DNA of 63,016 bases, filler included, from Craspedostauros australis (taxonomy: Eukaryota): NCBI GenBank assembly GCA_030167865.1. It is 12 parts of 12 records of this genome, joined end to end, with 100 filler letters (N's around TTAATTAATTAA, not from the genome) between each part and the next. Parts side by side here need not be neighbours in the genome. Positions count along the whole stretch, not along the records: positions 55,490 to 61,808 come from JALAGF010003996.1; positions 61,909 to 63,016 come from JALAGF010003998.1; 10 more parts are not named here. One strand, written 5' to 3'. The stretch's first letter is position 1; each line of letters begins with the position of its first letter. A model generated the notes under the pieces. It had not been told where the DNA came from. It saw only the letters and a list, made by a program, of their open reading frames with translations, and made no database searches. Made by a program: the position numbers and the translations under genes. Shown piece after piece: positions 60,854 to 63,016 of the stretch.

Positions 60854-61808
60854 TTACAGAATGAAGGAGGTGGCGATCATGGCAGCCACGAATGCGCCAA
60901 CAATAGTGGAACGCAGGAAGGCGGCCTCGGAATCGTCGCCATCCTTCTTCTCGCCCTCCGTACTGGCATCAGTGTCTCCTCCAGTGCCGCCATCGTCACT
61001 GTTGCCTCCAGTGTTGCCATCGTCACTAGTACTACCGGTGTTACCAGCATCGCTGTCATCCGTGATCTTCCCATCCTGCACGTCAAGGTAGATACCTTCA
61101 ACGCAACCGAAGTAGTCGATGTTCTGCGCCAACGCCGTGGCAGCATCCTGACTCGGCAGGACACCAGGAGTCTTCTCGATGCATCGCTTTGTGAGGACAT
61201 CCGCATCGACGGTGGACGCGTGACTGGCATCCAAACGACGACTACGACGCCGCGCCGTGCACACAAAATCGCATGGCTGCGGCGTCGATTCGACCACGTT
61301 GTTGACGATGCACTCGCCCAACGCTTCGACCTCATCGAGACATTGCGGACAGCATCCGACGTTGGTGCAGAAGGGATCCATGATGGAGGTCTGGATGCTG
61401 GGACACTCGTCGAACGTCGTGGCCTTGTCGATGAGGTCCGTCCAGTTGTTGCGTTGCACGTCGGCGCACGAGGCTTCGCACGTTTCGGCGTTGTCGACGG
61501 CGCACTGCGCCAAGGCCGTCATGGTCTCGTTGACACATGGGTGGATGGAGTCGATGAGCTCCTCATAGCGCTGCTTGACGCAGCTGATCATGGGATCGAA
61601 GCAGTCCGTCACGAGATCCGTGAGGTCCTGGAAGAAGTTGCTGTTCGTCGTGATGGACTGGAAGCCGTCGGTCAAGCATGTAGTCAGGGAGGACACCGTC
61701 GTGTTGGTGCCTTCGCCGAAGCAGACGGAGTAGTCGGTCGTGGTGTCCGAGATGCAGGTGGCCACATCGATGAGGCTGCTCATGTCCTGGCAGGATGGAG
61801 ATTGGAAG
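60854..61808 (-). CDS. Cys-rich cell-surface protein with probable GPI signal, 5'-truncated
   Basis: Many Cys in a helical acidic domain, RRRSRRL motif, Gly/Asp/Thr linker, hydrophobic C-terminus (IVGAFVAAMIATSFIL). Confidence 0.72.
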
Positions 61809-62620
61809 NNNNNNNNNNNNNNNNNNNNNNNNNNNNNNNNNNNNNNNNNNNNTTAATTAATTAANNNNNNNNNNNNNNNNNNNNNNNNNNNNNNNNNNNN
61901 NNNNNNNNCAGCAGTAGCACCAGTCCCAATGCTGGAGGCATGGACCAAGACGACAGCCAGATGTTCCCTGTGGTGGACTAGTCGTGCTTCTCTCACTCCT
62001 TCTCGACGGTTCTGCACGAACGACTGCAGCAGGTGTCAGACCAGGAGCGGCAGAACCGGAAGTACGCCAGCTGCCAGGTATGTGGATTCTCGCTGGATCC
62101 GCAAGTCGCAAGTGACGACAGCCAGAAGATCTTCGTCTCCTCTCTCAGCCAACCAGGCATGGATGAAAACGTCCTCATCGTCGATCGCACCGCCGGATCC
62201 ATCTGCATCATCCGGATGGGCACGGAGCCCTTTGCCAGCTTCGCTCAGCAGCTCAAGCTCAAGACCATTGCCATCGACGGATATGGCGATGGCCATAATA
62301 CTGCCAATGGCGACGAGCCAACGCATGATATTGACGCCACAGACAAGACCGGCATGGCAGCCGCCTTCGAGCTCGAGCTTCAGGTCAGTGGTCTGGAGTG
62401 CATGGAAAGCGGAGATGGAAAGTTCGTGCGTCCAGGAGAAGAATCCAAGACCAATACCGACAGCAACAGTGAGAGCGTCCAGCCATCTCACCACTGGTCA
62501 TGTGCGGTTATGCCTTTGAGGACTGCATGCAATAATAGACTATCAGACAATCGGACTATGGCACCATACTCTACCATCATGGTATTCCATTTCTTCAGAA
62601 CTGCGGCATAATGGATACGG

Positions 62621-62989
62621 ATACCGCTTCTGCTGCCACTTCTGTTGCCACTTCTGTTGCCACTTCTGCTGTCGCTTCTCTCCTTCCTGGTGTTCGGCCA
62701 CCCATCTGCGGAGACATTGTCCAACACTCCAATACCAAGGCCAACAGCCGCAACTGCAACAACGGCAACCGCAACAACGACAACAACGACAATGGCACAA
62801 CCAACACCCCTCTCCCAGCAACATGTGGATCTTGCGATCATCAGCGGTGGCACAACCGGGACGCTTGCTGCCATTGCAGCGTTGCGCAACACATCAACCT
62901 CCACAGGCACATGGATCGCTTTGTTGGAGTCAACAGAAACAATCCTTCGCAATCTGAGATCCAACCAAGATCAAGGCATGATGTCTTGA
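62621..62989 (+). pseudogene. Fragment of an FAD-dependent oxidoreductase (HI0933-like N-terminus)
   Basis: Signal-like Leu-rich stretch, then VDLAIISGGTTGTLAAIAA..IALLE (degenerate GxGxxG); no in-frame ATG; early stop. Confidence 0.5.
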
Positions 62990-63016
62990 GACCCTCTGAG
63001 GAAGGTTTCGGAAGTA

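Noticed and set aside
1..63016. Fanzor/TnpB, reverse transcriptase, rRNA or tRNA genes
   Set aside because: No RuvC/zinc-finger, RT or structural RNA signatures recognised by eye; HMM and covariance-model scans would be needed to exclude them fully.

Overview
Eukaryotic genomic DNA, most likely a diatom: GT-AG introns, a bipartite plastid-targeting presequence, and RXL motifs in secreted proteins. It is not one locus. Twelve contigs are joined by eleven artificial 100-nt spacers (44 N + TTAATTAATTAA + 44 N), so neighbourhood across spacers is meaningless. The first ~34 kb is repeat-rich and holds: an ankyrin-BTB pseudogene; a contig with 830-bp terminal direct repeats (cytochrome b5 reductase + Mpv17); a Cys-rich repeat protein; a long-TIR non-autonomous transposon and a relative; mariner HTH fragments; and two distinct two-gene PIF/Harbinger-superfamily (PHIS) elements. 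Family A (~17872-22870) has a 20-bp subterminal array, a DDE transposase ORF preceded by RGRP (AT-hook-like) repeats, and a convergent partner gene with a possible HSP20/alpha-crystallin-like segment and an E2F-type promoter site. This is the best candidate for an undescribed system. Family B (three partial copies) has AGAGACTTCCTGAAA termini, a HARBI1-type transposase and a Myb/SANT-like partner. The rest is host genes: COX17, TBP, an SLC25 carrier, an EDRF1-like gene, a thylakoid-targeted protein, a subtilisin and a GPI-type Cys-rich protein. It also contains a ~2.8-kb tandem duplication of an ankyrin gene whose junction carries a decayed family B end and a CpG-depleted solo-LTR-like segment. 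All family assignments come from motif recognition by eye, not database searches.
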